Virus record (IMG/VR): IMGVR_UViG_3300033417_000011
Span: 1-53,853 of that record
DNA length: 53,853 nt
Strand: one strand, 5' to 3'
Origin: a virus
Lineage: Duplodnaviria > Caudoviricetes
Below, in pieces: positions 28,176 through 37,719 of this stretch. How positions within the stretch are numbered: position 1 is the first letter of the stretch; each line of letters starts with the position of its first letter. The notes under the pieces are model-generated. The model worked only from the letters and a program-made list of their open reading frames with translations, had not been told where the DNA came from and ran no database searches. Both the position numbers and the translations under genes were made by a program.

Positions 28176-28589
28176 TCAAGTTGGGATCTTCGAAGGGGTT
28201 TTAGATGGCGGCCAGCCTAAGCCTGGAATATTACGCCCTGGGGCCACTACGATCCTATCGCCGTGTCCGGCGGCTTCCATAGCCTCGGCGATGGTTTGGT
28301 GCGAGCGGTGCGGGGCCGCCACATTCACATCCGAGCGCCCGGTGTCAAAGCCCACGTAGTGGGTGACGGCCGGGCCAGGGGGAAATTCCTCGGCCATGGT
28401 GTCGGGCAGCCGGCCGGTCCAGTTCACCACGTCAAAGTCGTCCATCTCCTCGACTTCCCAGCGCCATTTGTAGTGGGTGCGCCCCGAGGCGTCAACCCAA
28501 GGGGCCCCTGGTTGCTCGGCTAGTTGCTCGGCCAGCTTCCCCACGACCGGCAGTCCGGCCAGGGCTTGAAACAGGGTGCGTCGGGTCAT
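28176..28589 (-). CDS. Chimeric hypothetical protein containing a 25-aa exact copy of portal sequence
   Basis: Tat-like MTRRTLF N-terminus; WEVEEMDDFDVVNWTGRLPDTMAEE; C-terminal TIAEAM..AGHGDRIVVAPG. Confidence 0.5.
   Translation of the reverse strand: MTRRTLFQALAGLPVVGKLAEQLAEQPGAPWVDASGRTHYKWRWEVEEMDDFDVVNWTGRLPDTMAEEFPPGPAVTHYVGFDTGRSDVNVAAPHRSHQTIAEAMEAAGHGDRIVVAPGRNIPGLGWPPSKTPSKIPT
28387..28461. repeat. 75-bp exact repeat of portal segment 26903..26977
   Basis: TCCTCGGCCATGG...GACTTCCCAG is identical in both places. Confidence 0.95.
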
Positions 28590-28609
28590 GGGACGATTGT
28601 ACAACCAAA

Positions 28610-28978
28610 TCAGCGGTAGCCAAACAGATTTCCGAGCGGGCCGCCAAGGGCGTCCTGCTGGCCGAGCCGCTGCTGCTGGGCCGCCATCGCCTGAAGCGGG
28701 TCGTATCCGCTCGGCGGCGGCGGCGGCGGGCCGTAGCGATACACCAGGTGTTCACCATCCTCGGCGATCTCCACGGTGTATTGTGGCTCGGGGCCAAACT
28801 TCGCCTCGCACATCCCGTTAAGGGTCTCGCGCCGGAAGTTACGGACTTTCTCCAACTCGGCGGCGGTTGAGTCTAGCGCCGCCCTGGCGGCATCAAACCC
28901 GGCGGTGAGCCCCGCGATTTTCTCGTCGAGCGAGCGGATGGTGTGTTGCTGATCGTAGGAAAGACGTAAAACGCGCAT
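28610..28978 (-). CDS. Hypothetical coiled-coil protein
   Basis: Clean ORF with phage-typical codon use. Confidence 0.55.
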   Translation of the reverse strand: MRVLRLSYDQQHTIRSLDEKIAGLTAGFDAARAALDSTAAELEKVRNFRRETLNGMCEAKFGPEPQYTVEIAEDGEHLVYRYGPPPPPPSGYDPLQAMAAQQQRLGQQDALGGPLGNLFGYR

Positions 28979-29692
28979 GGCCTAGTCTAACCCACCGATC
29001 CTTAGTAATCAAGCACTTACACGCAAGGCCCCCATCACTTACTGATGGGACCGCAAACAACTGAAAACAAAAGACCGCTTGACCGTTCCAGAAATCCGTG
29101 CTACTACCGTAGGTAGGTATACCCACGGGGGCATTCCTTTTTGCGCCCAGCGCTGCAAAGGCACGTACTGACGCCGTGCTGACGAAGCCACTCACTCCAC
29201 GCATATTCGCCGCGTTGCGGGAAGTCTCCGAGCGCCCCACCTTGAACCCACTCCTCAACGGCGAGATCAACCCCGAATGGTCCGCCGAGTCGGTCAACCG
29301 CCGCCTCGAACTGGCTCACTAAGCTACACGACCGCCAATTCGAGAAGATCGGCACGCAATACGTGCTACGAAATACTTCGTAAGTTGTTGATTTTATTGT
29401 AAATAGTTGGGGAGGTAACACGCTATGAGCGATGGCGCGCGAAATTTTGGGCTGCGGGGGGTTCCCTAGGAGTTCCCTACCCCGTAGCAACTTTGGCCGA
29501 AACAAACGACTTAGCAGCCAGCCTGGCGCTGTGTCGGCACAGTACGCGGCTAACTACAATGGAATCAACACTGGTGAGGGTGGGGGCAGAACCCACGGCA
29601 GGCCTGACTGGGGTGGGGATTAGGGGCGATGGGCTAGGGGGCTAGCAACGCTGGGTGCGGCTGGTTAAGAACGCATTCTACTCAGTAGAACG

Positions 29693-30142
29693 TTACTCCC
29701 CCTCCAGCTCCCGCATCTCCCGGGACGCCTCGCGCTCCAAATTGATCTGGGCCTTGTCAATATTGACCGTGATACCCGCCGGGCCCATGCCCGTGAAGCG
29801 GTCGCCGTAGAGCGCGCGGCGGTGGGACTTGAGTAAAAACATAGCAGCGATGGCGCCAGATGAGTTGCGGACATCGCAGGCGCGCTCAAACTGGGCTTCG
29901 ACCACCTCATCGACCGCGGCGCGCTCGGAGTACTTCAGCCCCCGGTAGATGCGCTCGCCCATCGCCTTGTGCTGGTCCATCATCCGGTAGAGCGTGACGT
30001 GCGAGATGCCGGCGGCCTGGGCCGCGCCGCGGATCGTGGGCGAGGGCGTGGCTTCGAGGTATTCGCCGACCGCTTGCTCAATCGCCTCGCGCTGCTCGAG
30101 CGTGGTGTAACAGCCGGGTCTCAGGGTTACAGGTTCGGCCAC
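29693..30142 (-). CDS. terS: Terminase small subunit-like
   Basis: HTH TIRGAAQAAGISHVTLYR, then AIAAMFLLKSHR..LYGDR. Confidence 0.65.
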   Translation of the reverse strand: MAEPVTLRPGCYTTLEQREAIEQAVGEYLEATPSPTIRGAAQAAGISHVTLYRMMDQHKAMGERIYRGLKYSERAAVDEVVEAQFERACDVRNSSGAIAAMFLLKSHRRALYGDRFTGMGPAGITVNIDKAQINLEREASREMRELEGE

Positions 30143-30198
30143 AATCGCCCCCTTTCCCCCACAGTATCACGCACTTAGAAAAAAGTCGAAAAAAGGTG

Positions 30199-30227
30199 TT
30201 GACAAGCTTAAGCGCTTGAGGTAGACT
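30199..30227 (+). promoter_or_regulatory. Strong sigma70-type promoter
   Basis: TTGACA-17nt-TAGACT preceded by A-tracts (UP element). Confidence 0.8.
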
Positions 30228-30272
30228 CGTATCAGATAGACAAGCCCAGCAGCCCTGGGCAGGAGAAGACCG

Positions 30273-30500
30273 ATGACGAATAAGACCCTGGAAGCTAAGA
30301 TCAAGCAGTACAGCGACATCGACGCCGAGGCCGTGAGCGATGCCGTCGATTTCCTTCGGCGAGGCACGCGCGGCCGTAGCGTTAGCGGATCCATCGACAT
30401 GTGGGCCAATATCGACCGCGTGATCTACCGTGAGTTGGTCCGGCGCTGGAACGCCTCCGAGCCAGTCCACGCGGCTGAGACATTCGCGGGTCGCTACTAG
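30273..30500 (+). CDS. Small early protein
   Basis: AGGAG RBS, directly after the promoter; contains the 74-bp repeat in frame. Confidence 0.65.
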   Translation: MTNKTLEAKIKQYSDIDAEAVSDAVDFLRRGTRGRSVSGSIDMWANIDRVIYRELVRRWNASEPVHAAETFAGRY

Positions 30501-30609
30501 ACCTCCGACCGCGTACTCCGCGCGAGCGTGAGCGTCCGGGGTCGCGCCTGGGGCCGGTACGATAACCCGGCAAAATCAAAGCGCCGCGGCCCGGCGCAGG
30601 AGAGAGACG

Positions 30610-31011
30610 ATGCAGAGCAATTACCCAGCAGCGATCCTAGCCAATTTCGACGGCGACTATCGAGCCGCGTACGAGCGCCTTGCGAAGGCATACCGAGGAC
30701 TGGAGCAGCAGTACATCAACTCCGTAACCAGCCGCTTCGTTGAGATCTCGCGCTTCGAGCCGGACAGCGAGATTTGCATCCGCAAGATCACCGAACAAGA
30801 GATCAGCCGCGCCGTGGATATGGCCGACTGCGACGACCCCGGCGTCATGCGCAAGTGGCTGTACGTTGACGACGTGGGCGATCTCCAGCCCGTGACCATC
30901 GGCAGGCGGGAGCCCATGAATACGTCCGAGGAAGCGCCGCTCTACTACGCATCGAGCGCGATCGTGGCCGCCGGTAAATGCGTGGGCGAGATCACCCACA
31001 CGGACCACTGA
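30610..31011 (+). CDS. Small early protein
   Basis: AGGAG RBS. Confidence 0.6.
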   Translation: MQSNYPAAILANFDGDYRAAYERLAKAYRGLEQQYINSVTSRFVEISRFEPDSEICIRKITEQEISRAVDMADCDDPGVMRKWLYVDDVGDLQPVTIGRREPMNTSEEAPLYYASSAIVAAGKCVGEITHTDH

Positions 31012-31329
31012 CCTCCGACCGCGTTACTCCGCGCGTCGCGGTAAAGACGAGAGCCACTATGACCAAGCAATGCACAATCTACGGGAGGAACTTCGAACCC
31101 TCACAGAACCATGAGCTACGAACTGCAATTCCGCCAATGGACTGATCGTCAGCACCAAAGGGGGTGTGCTTGCGTGTGGGAGGAGGCCAGAAAGTGCTCT
31201 GTCCAGAAGCGCCTTGCCGTGCATCTATGCCCTTGCGCGTGCCATGATACCGGCGCTCCGCCGACGCCAGGAAGCCCTCACGCCGGGTCCGCCGGGCAGG
31301 TTTACGATCACAGTGCTACCATAACCGCT

Positions 31330-31527
31330 ATGCCTGACGAACCCAAGAACCCCCACGCGGTAGCCCTTGGCCGCCTGGGCGGCAAGGCTAAGACGCTGAA
31401 GCCCAAGGGTTTCGCAGCCGCCACGCCCGAGCAGCGGGCCGCCTGGGGGCGCCTGGGCGGGAAGGCCAAAAAGCAAAGTAGCGGGACTACTTCGGCCGAA
31501 AAATCTCCACCGCATTCCAAACGTTAG
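31330..31527 (+). CDS. KGG-like repeat basic protein
   Basis: KNPHAVALGRLGGKAK...GFAA.TPEQR..WGRLGGKAK. Confidence 0.55.
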   Translation: MPDEPKNPHAVALGRLGGKAKTLKPKGFAAATPEQRAAWGRLGGKAKKQSSGTTSAEKSPPHSKR

Positions 31528-31541
31528 GCTATAATCGGGCT

Positions 31542-31775
31542 GTGACCGCGACCGAACAGCAACTGCAAGCCGCGATGGCCAACGGCCAACAGGACGCCCT
31601 GCTGCAGGCCGCCTCGGTGCGCGCCGACATCCAGGGCCTCTATGCGCTGCTGGCCAATATTGAGGCGTTCTTCGTCTACCAGGGGCTGATCCGCCGGCTG
31701 CCGGCGCCCGTGCTCGAAGACGCCGCTACCCGTTTGGATGCGCTGTCGGCTATGGTACGCGGTCAGATAGAGTAA
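31542..31775 (+). CDS. Hypothetical protein
   Basis: GTG shortly after a TATAAT box (possibly leaderless). Confidence 0.45.
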   Translation: MTATEQQLQAAMANGQQDALLQAASVRADIQGLYALLANIEAFFVYQGLIRRLPAPVLEDAATRLDALSAMVRGQIE

Positions 31776-31857
31776 GTCACTAGCCGCTGACTTTCCCCCC
31801 GTAACGTGATACCCTCTACCTTGTGAACTAGCGGGAGCGCTGCCCGCCATCATTGGC

Positions 31858-33597
31858 ATGGCCGCGCCCCAAATTGACGATCCCTCCAGCCTAGGCGCCG
31901 ACTTGCTGCGCACGATGCGCGTCAAGGCGCTCTACAACCCCTACTACTACATCAAAAACGTCATCGGCAACCCCGACATGGTGCCCCATGTGCACGGCGT
32001 TGACCTGATGAACGTGCTGCGCCGCATGCGCGCGGGCTACCGCCACCAGGGCATCGAGTATTTCCGCGGCGGGCTCAAAACCACCACCTTCACCAAGGGC
32101 ATGTCCACCTGGCTCGTGCTGCCCAAAGACCCCAACGACAAAGACTTTGCGCTCGAGCTCGCCAAGCGCGACCCGGGGCTCGGCATCAACGAGCAAGAGT
32201 GGGACTGGCGCGAGAAGCTGCGCGACCAAGACTACATGCAGCTGATCGTGTTCGAGACGCTGCCGAACGCCCAGCGCAAATTGAGCGAGATCATGGCGCT
32301 GTTCGACGAGAACCAGCTGTTCCGCGGCTTGTTCCCCGAGATCATCTGGGAAGGGTCGCGGCCTCACAAGCAGGCGCCGTCGTGGAACGATGAATGCCTC
32401 ATCATCCCGCGCGTCGGCCGCAACCGGGGCAAGGGCGAGGGCACCTTCGAGGCCAAGGGCGTCGGCAACGCGCTGCAATCGACGCACTTTGATATCGTCT
32501 GGGCCGACGATCTGGTGGGCGAGCGCGCCATGCGCTCCGAGCTTGAAATGGAGCACACCAAGGGCTACTACGAGCGCCTGGTGGGCGTTGAGCAGCCGGG
32601 CGGCCGCACCTGGCACTTCATGATTGCCAATCGCTGGGGCTTCAACGACTTGAACGCCAAGGCGCGCGAGGAGACGGACTCGGAAGGCAAGCCGTTCTGG
32701 CACTTCTACAAGCGCGCCATCATCCTGCTCGACGAAAACGACCAGATCCTCTACGACGACGAGGGCCGCTGGATTCCGGCCTGGCCCGAGATGTACCCGC
32801 TCAAAACCATCCTCGATAAAAAGGCGCGCATGAAAGAGGATGAGTTTTATGCGCAATATTTGAACCTCCCCAAGCCGCCCGGCGAGAGCGAAGTCGAGGC
32901 GGGCCACATCCACCGCTACACGGTCAACGCCCGCATGGAATGCTGCTGCAGCTGCGGCGCGGTTCACCACCCCGAGACGATGAACCGCTATATGCTGCTT
33001 GACCCTAACAACGCCAAGCCTGCCACGCGCTCAAAGTCCGCGCCGGCGCTGGCGGTGGTGGGGCTCACCCACGACAAGCACGTGTTCCTGCTCGAAGGCT
33101 GGCAAAAGAAGGTGTCCCAGACCAAGGTCGCCGATAAAATCTTCGAGTTCAACGACCGCTGGGACGTTCTCAAGTTCGGCTATGAAGACGTCGGCTCGCA
33201 AAACATGTGGGCGGTATACCTCAAGCGCGAGCAGCAGAGCGAGGAATTCCGCAAATCCAAACACCGCCCGCTGCGCTCGATTGTGGCGGTTCCCACCAAC
33301 AACAAGCCGCTGGAAGTCCGCTTCCGCGACTACTTCATCCCGATTGTCGAGGGCCGCGACGGCTGCGGCACATTCAGCGTGCGCGAGGGGTTCGAAATCT
33401 TCGACAACATGCTGCGGACCTACCCCTACTCGGTCCCCGGTCACGACTACGACTTGCTGAGCGCGCTCGCCATGGGCCCGCACCCCGATTTTGGCTGGCA
33501 TTTTCCCTACGCGCAGGACGAGATGCAAAACTTCGAGCGCGACGAGGAGGAATATCTTGAGAATTTCAATGAGAACTATTCGGTTGTGGCTGGCTAA
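31858..33597 (+). CDS. terL: Terminase large subunit
   Basis: Walker A-like FRGGLKTT, G.G...STHFDIVWADDL, coupling motif ANRW...DL, F.AQYLN.P, nuclease LLDP and DLLSAL. Confidence 0.85.
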   Translation: MAAPQIDDPSSLGADLLRTMRVKALYNPYYYIKNVIGNPDMVPHVHGVDLMNVLRRMRAGYRHQGIEYFRGGLKTTTFTKGMSTWLVLPKDPNDKDFALELAKRDPGLGINEQEWDWREKLRDQDYMQLIVFETLPNAQRKLSEIMALFDENQLFRGLFPEIIWEGSRPHKQAPSWNDECLIIPRVGRNRGKGEGTFEAKGVGNALQSTHFDIVWADDLVGERAMRSELEMEHTKGYYERLVGVEQPGGRTWHFMIANRWGFNDLNAKAREETDSEGKPFWHFYKRAIILLDENDQILYDDEGRWIPAWPEMYPLKTILDKKARMKEDEFYAQYLNLPKPPGESEVEAGHIHRYTVNARMECCCSCGAVHHPETMNRYMLLDPNNAKPATRSKSAPALAVVGLTHDKHVFLLEGWQKKVSQTKVADKIFEFNDRWDVLKFGYEDVGSQNMWAVYLKREQQSEEFRKSKHRPLRSIVAVPTNNKPLEVRFRDYFIPIVEGRDGCGTFSVREGFEIFDNMLRTYPYSVPGHDYDLLSALAMGPHPDFGWHFPYAQDEMQNFERDEEEYLENFNENYSVVAG

Positions 33598-33994
33598 GGA
33601 ATGGCCGTTCCTTTACGGCGGCCTCATGGTTGGCCTCATTACGGGCGCCGTCGTTTTCGTCGTCCTCTGGGGCCAATCCGTTGAAGCCCAGTCCTCGATT
33701 GACCTCGGCCGCGAGTCCGCCATCGCAAACGTCGCGGTCCAGAACTCGACTGCCGTTGCGTTCTCGAACCCGCTCCACGGGGCGAACTTCATCCAGATCA
33801 CGCTCAACGCGGGCGACGCGCAGGTGTTCACCTACTGCCCGCCGCAAGGCGGCGCTTGCGCCGAAGTGCCATCGGGGCAGGGCTTCCAGATCGGCACGCT
33901 ACGGCGCGAGATGCCCTACGGGCAGGCGCTCGGCACCGTGCAGACCGCCACCGACGCGGCGACGCTGCAGGTCGTGGCGCAAAGGGTGCGGTGA
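33569..33994 (+). CDS. Signal-peptide/TM-bearing beta protein (start uncertain)
   Basis: Hydrophobic N-terminus ending VEA|Q. Confidence 0.5.
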   Translation: MRTIRLWLAKEWPFLYGGLMVGLITGAVVFVVLWGQSVEAQSSIDLGRESAIANVAVQNSTAVAFSNPLHGANFIQITLNAGDAQVFTYCPPQGGACAEVPSGQGFQIGTLRREMPYGQALGTVQTATDAATLQVVAQRVR

Positions 33995-35049
33995 TGTTAC
34001 GTAAGCACGGCGGCCCGGTTGCTGTTCTCACGGTGCTGATGCTCGCATCGTGGATGAGCCTGGTGGGCCAAGGCATCATCGGCGGCGGAGGCGGCGGCTC
34101 CGGCTCCGGCACGATCACCAACGGCGCAGCCAACGATATCCCCTGCTACTCCGATACGAATGAGGTGGGGCCGTGCCAAACCGGCGCCCTCACTCACCCC
34201 GCCGACAACACCCTGCAATTCAACGACGTGACGATAACGTTTGCGAACGGGGTGTTTACGATTCAGGATGCAACGCCGACGACGGGGGTGACGCAGCTGA
34301 TTGTGAAGGCAGGCGCGGGGCAGGGGGGCACGCCTATGCAGGAGTGGCAAAATAGTAGTGGAGGCGTTATAGCCTCGACGCGAGGGTCTACCTGGACGTA
34401 TTCGGGCGGGACGATTGGGGTCCAATTTGTAAACTCTGGCACTACGTTTGCTTATCTCTACAATGGCACCGGCAGCATTACGAAGACCTCCGGTTCTTAC
34501 GATTTTGTGTATCTACAGCAAACGTTCGCTCCAACCTCAGGGACCGCTACATATACCGATCTGGTGTCGGCCGCAACTATTAACCAAACCGGCGGCGCAA
34601 ACGGCATCACTCGTGGACTCTATGTCAACCCAAACCTGACTGCCGCTGCTGACTGGAGATCCATTGACCTGGCCAATGTCACCAACTCCCACTTCGCCAT
34701 CAACACCGGCACGGGTAAGGTGAGCTTCGGCGGGCCGGTCAACCTCAAGTCCAACACCACAACTTTCAGCGCCACGCCCGAGTTCGACGGCGGCGCTGGG
34801 AATATCATCCACATCGAACTAGAGGGCGAGGTCACATCGTCCACGATTATCAACCTGGTCGATGGACGACTCTACACGTTCCGCATCTGCACAGACGGCA
34901 CGGGGAGTTACACGTTCGCATGGCCGACGAACGTCAAAGGCGCAATGACGGTGGGAACCGACCCCGACTCTTGCAGCGTGCAGGATTTTGTATCGGACGG
35001 GACGAACCTTTGGGCTCGTTCGCTGGGTGTTATCAATCAACCGGAATGA
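33994..35049 (+). CDS. Fibre-like protein with signal peptide
   Basis: Gly/Thr-rich beta repeats; C-terminal ..DGTGS...AWP.NVK..DGTNLW tail-fibre-type domain. Confidence 0.6.
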   Translation: MLRKHGGPVAVLTVLMLASWMSLVGQGIIGGGGGGSGSGTITNGAANDIPCYSDTNEVGPCQTGALTHPADNTLQFNDVTITFANGVFTIQDATPTTGVTQLIVKAGAGQGGTPMQEWQNSSGGVIASTRGSTWTYSGGTIGVQFVNSGTTFAYLYNGTGSITKTSGSYDFVYLQQTFAPTSGTATYTDLVSAATINQTGGANGITRGLYVNPNLTAAADWRSIDLANVTNSHFAINTGTGKVSFGGPVNLKSNTTTFSATPEFDGGAGNIIHIELEGEVTSSTIINLVDGRLYTFRICTDGTGSYTFAWPTNVKGAMTVGTDPDSCSVQDFVSDGTNLWARSLGVINQPE

Positions 35050-35239
35050 TTCGCTATCTACTTATTGCCGCTCTTGTCCTGCCGATCGCCGCGACTTGGA
35101 GCAAAACGCCCTCGCCATCATCGCCCAACGTCCAGGCCTTAAGATCGCACCCTACGTATTCGAGGCGCTGCCATGAGAGCAATGAGGCCGCTACTCCCAC
35201 AACGGCCCCAAGGGAACTGGAGGATCAGATGAAGCAGTT

Positions 35240-35702
35240 TCAGTCTTTGCCTTCCAGTGCATCCATGATCTGCTCAGCCGTCAGTCGCACGATGCGGTCC
35301 TTATGCCTGACAACGAGCGCGTACATCGGCGGTGTTGGTTCGATGCAGATGTGGTTGCGGTCAACCGCCGGGGGGCATGGCTTACGAGGTGGGAAATCAA
35401 CGTATTCCGGCAACACCACGGCGAAGGCCGCGTGCTCTGTCTGGGCGAGCGCCCTGTCCAGTTTATACGGAGCAACAAAGGCCATTAAAGCAGCGATCAC
35501 GGATTGTCGTCGCGTCATGGCTATATCATCGCTGCCGGTTATCAGGAAGGTCAAATTGGGCAACCAACGGCGTAGCATCCCTCACCGCTTGCTCGTAGCG
35601 TTCACGGGCTTTGCGGTAGCGCTCGGAGTCGGGGTCTTGGGCGTGAGCCTGAATCTCGTTGAGGGCGGCTTCGATCAGTTCGATGACGCGGGGGTCGGAC
35701 AT
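35240..35702 (-). CDS. Two small antisense genes (35526-35702, 58 aa; 35240-35518)
   Basis: MSDPRVIELIEAAL... read by hand; the second begins MTRRQSVIAAL (Tat-like). Confidence 0.45.
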
Positions 35703-35723
35703 AGGCGACGGAGAGGATAGCAG

Positions 35724-36269
35724 ATGAAGCGATACATCGCAATCGGAGTTTTGGCGGGGCTGGCTATCGTCGCGGTGGATGTCTACTCCCAGGGCATCAT
35801 CGGCGGCGCGGGCGGTGGCGCCGGGGCCACGGGGCCGTCGGGCCCGAGCGGACCCAGCGGGCCAAGCGGACCGACCGGCGCCATCCCCTGCACGTTCAGC
35901 GACCCGGACCTGGACTGCTCGGCTGTCGATGTGACATTCAACTCCGTCGTGGTGGGCGATGGCTCGGCCTCCCTGCCAGTGCTCGTGGCCTCCGGGGCTG
36001 AAGCGCTGGACACCGACGAGATTGCGTCCGAGGCGTGCGACGTTTCGACTGCAACGGCGACCGGCGCCCTGACCACCGATGTCATTCTAGCGACGGTCAA
36101 CGGCACGCCGATCGGGGTAACCGGCTACGTGCCTGACACGGACGGCACGCTCTACATCTGGGTTTACCCCACGGCGGACACGGCAAACTTTTCGGTCTGC
36201 AATCAAACAGCCGGCGCGATCACCCCCGGCGCGATCACTATCAACTGGATGGTCTTGAGGGCGCCGTAG
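35724..36269 (+). CDS. Collagen-repeat fibre protein with signal peptide
   Basis: GATGPSGPSGPSGPTG; MKRYIAIGVLAGLA... leader; GGAGGA RBS. Confidence 0.65.
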   Translation: MKRYIAIGVLAGLAIVAVDVYSQGIIGGAGGGAGATGPSGPSGPSGPSGPTGAIPCTFSDPDLDCSAVDVTFNSVVVGDGSASLPVLVASGAEALDTDEIASEACDVSTATATGALTTDVILATVNGTPIGVTGYVPDTDGTLYIWVYPTADTANFSVCNQTAGAITPGAITINWMVLRAP

Positions 36270-37055
36270 ATGCGAATCCTGGCACTGCTGCTTTGCGCTG
36301 TTGGCCTCTACGGCCAGTCGATCCCGATGGGCTCAGTGGGGCCGTCCGGCGGCGACCCCTGCCCCACGCCGTTGCTCGAAATGACGGTCGGCTCGGGCTC
36401 GGCCACCTGGGACGGCTCGGACGGCTCGGGCACCGCGACCCTGACCGGCACAACCATTCAAGAAGACCCGGCGATGTCGAGCACCTACGTGCTGGACATG
36501 GACGGCACCAACGATGATTTCCGGCTGGGCACGGGCGTCGATAACCTTGCCGCTGGGGCTGGGTTCGGCGCGTCCATGTGGGTGCGGCAAGATGTCTACG
36601 AAGCGACCACGGGGCAGACGGCCACCTTTCTCATTAAAGGGGAAGTGGGAGCCTCAAATCTTGGCTGGCAGTTTCAATCTACGATCGCATCAACCGGGCG
36701 GCTGGCATTCACTGTCCGCAATACATCGGACCAGAACGAAAACTGGGCCACCAACGATAACGTCTGGGACCCGTTCGTCGGGCTGAGCACCTACACGCAC
36801 GTCGGGTTTAAGGCGTCGGGCTGCGCCACGATGGCTTGCTCTGTGACCATCTACATCAACGGTTCGCCAGTCACAACCAACCTCAACGCGGACCAGACTG
36901 GAACGCCGAAGGATGACTCCACCTATACGTTGATGGGCGGGACCTTGGGGAACGCGGCCAACGATCTTGATGCGCGGGTGACCGGTATTCAGTTGTTCGG
37001 GGAAGCGCCTAGCGATGATTGTTTTGCTTCGTTGCACTCGGGGGGGCGTCCGTGA
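36270..37055 (+). CDS. LamG/ConA-like lectin domain protein with signal peptide
   Basis: LDMDGTND, SMWVR, THVG...IYING. Confidence 0.7.
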   Translation: MRILALLLCAVGLYGQSIPMGSVGPSGGDPCPTPLLEMTVGSGSATWDGSDGSGTATLTGTTIQEDPAMSSTYVLDMDGTNDDFRLGTGVDNLAAGAGFGASMWVRQDVYEATTGQTATFLIKGEVGASNLGWQFQSTIASTGRLAFTVRNTSDQNENWATNDNVWDPFVGLSTYTHVGFKASGCATMACSVTIYINGSPVTTNLNADQTGTPKDDSTYTLMGGTLGNAANDLDARVTGIQLFGEAPSDDCFASLHSGGRP

Positions 37056-37162
37056 TTAAACCGAGGGCGAAGCTAGAGACGAGAGCTATCGCGGCGCAGA
37101 AAGCCGCCCAAGCTGGAGCGTCAAGGGCCAAGAAAGAGCCGAAGTAGAAGACGCTAATCAGT

Positions 37163-37483
37163 ATGACAAGCCGCATGATTTGCAAATCTAATTTACTGGC
37201 GCTCGCTTTGCTCACGCTCGCCATTATAGCGCTCTCGGGCTGCACGCACCACGGCTACCGGCAGTCCTTCCAGTCTGTCACGCTACCGCCGAACGTGACG
37301 CTACCGCCGAACGTGACGATCACGGCGTCCGAGCCCGCCGCCGCCATCACCGACACCGACTGCGCCGCCGACTTCGCCGACGTGTTTCCGGCTGATTCGA
37401 TCTTTGACGACCGCCTGTTGGCCGATTGGGGCGACAAGGACGACGCCTGCGACCCGTGGCCGCAGAACGACCGGGAGTTTTGA
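37163..37483 (+). CDS. Putative lipoprotein
   Basis: Lipobox LSGC; 18-bp tandem duplication (VTLPPN x2). Confidence 0.45.
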   Translation: MTSRMICKSNLLALALLTLAIIALSGCTHHGYRQSFQSVTLPPNVTLPPNVTITASEPAAAITDTDCAADFADVFPADSIFDDRLLADWGDKDDACDPWPQNDREF

Positions 37484-37719
37484 TGTACGTCAAGCCGCCT
37501 ACTTGGAAGGTATTCGTTGACGGTCGCCACGATATTTCGATTGTCGCCGTCTCTGCTGCACAAGCCGCTCTGGCCCATGCCAAGCGCAACAACACCTGGG
37601 GGGACTTCGATGTGTACAGAGAGGGGCAGAGATTGGCCGATGCCGTCGCGCTTCGCGTAATGCATGTTGATCGTGGCTTGTACTCTGGCTTGGCGTGCGA
37701 AAGGGCCGCCAAAATATAA

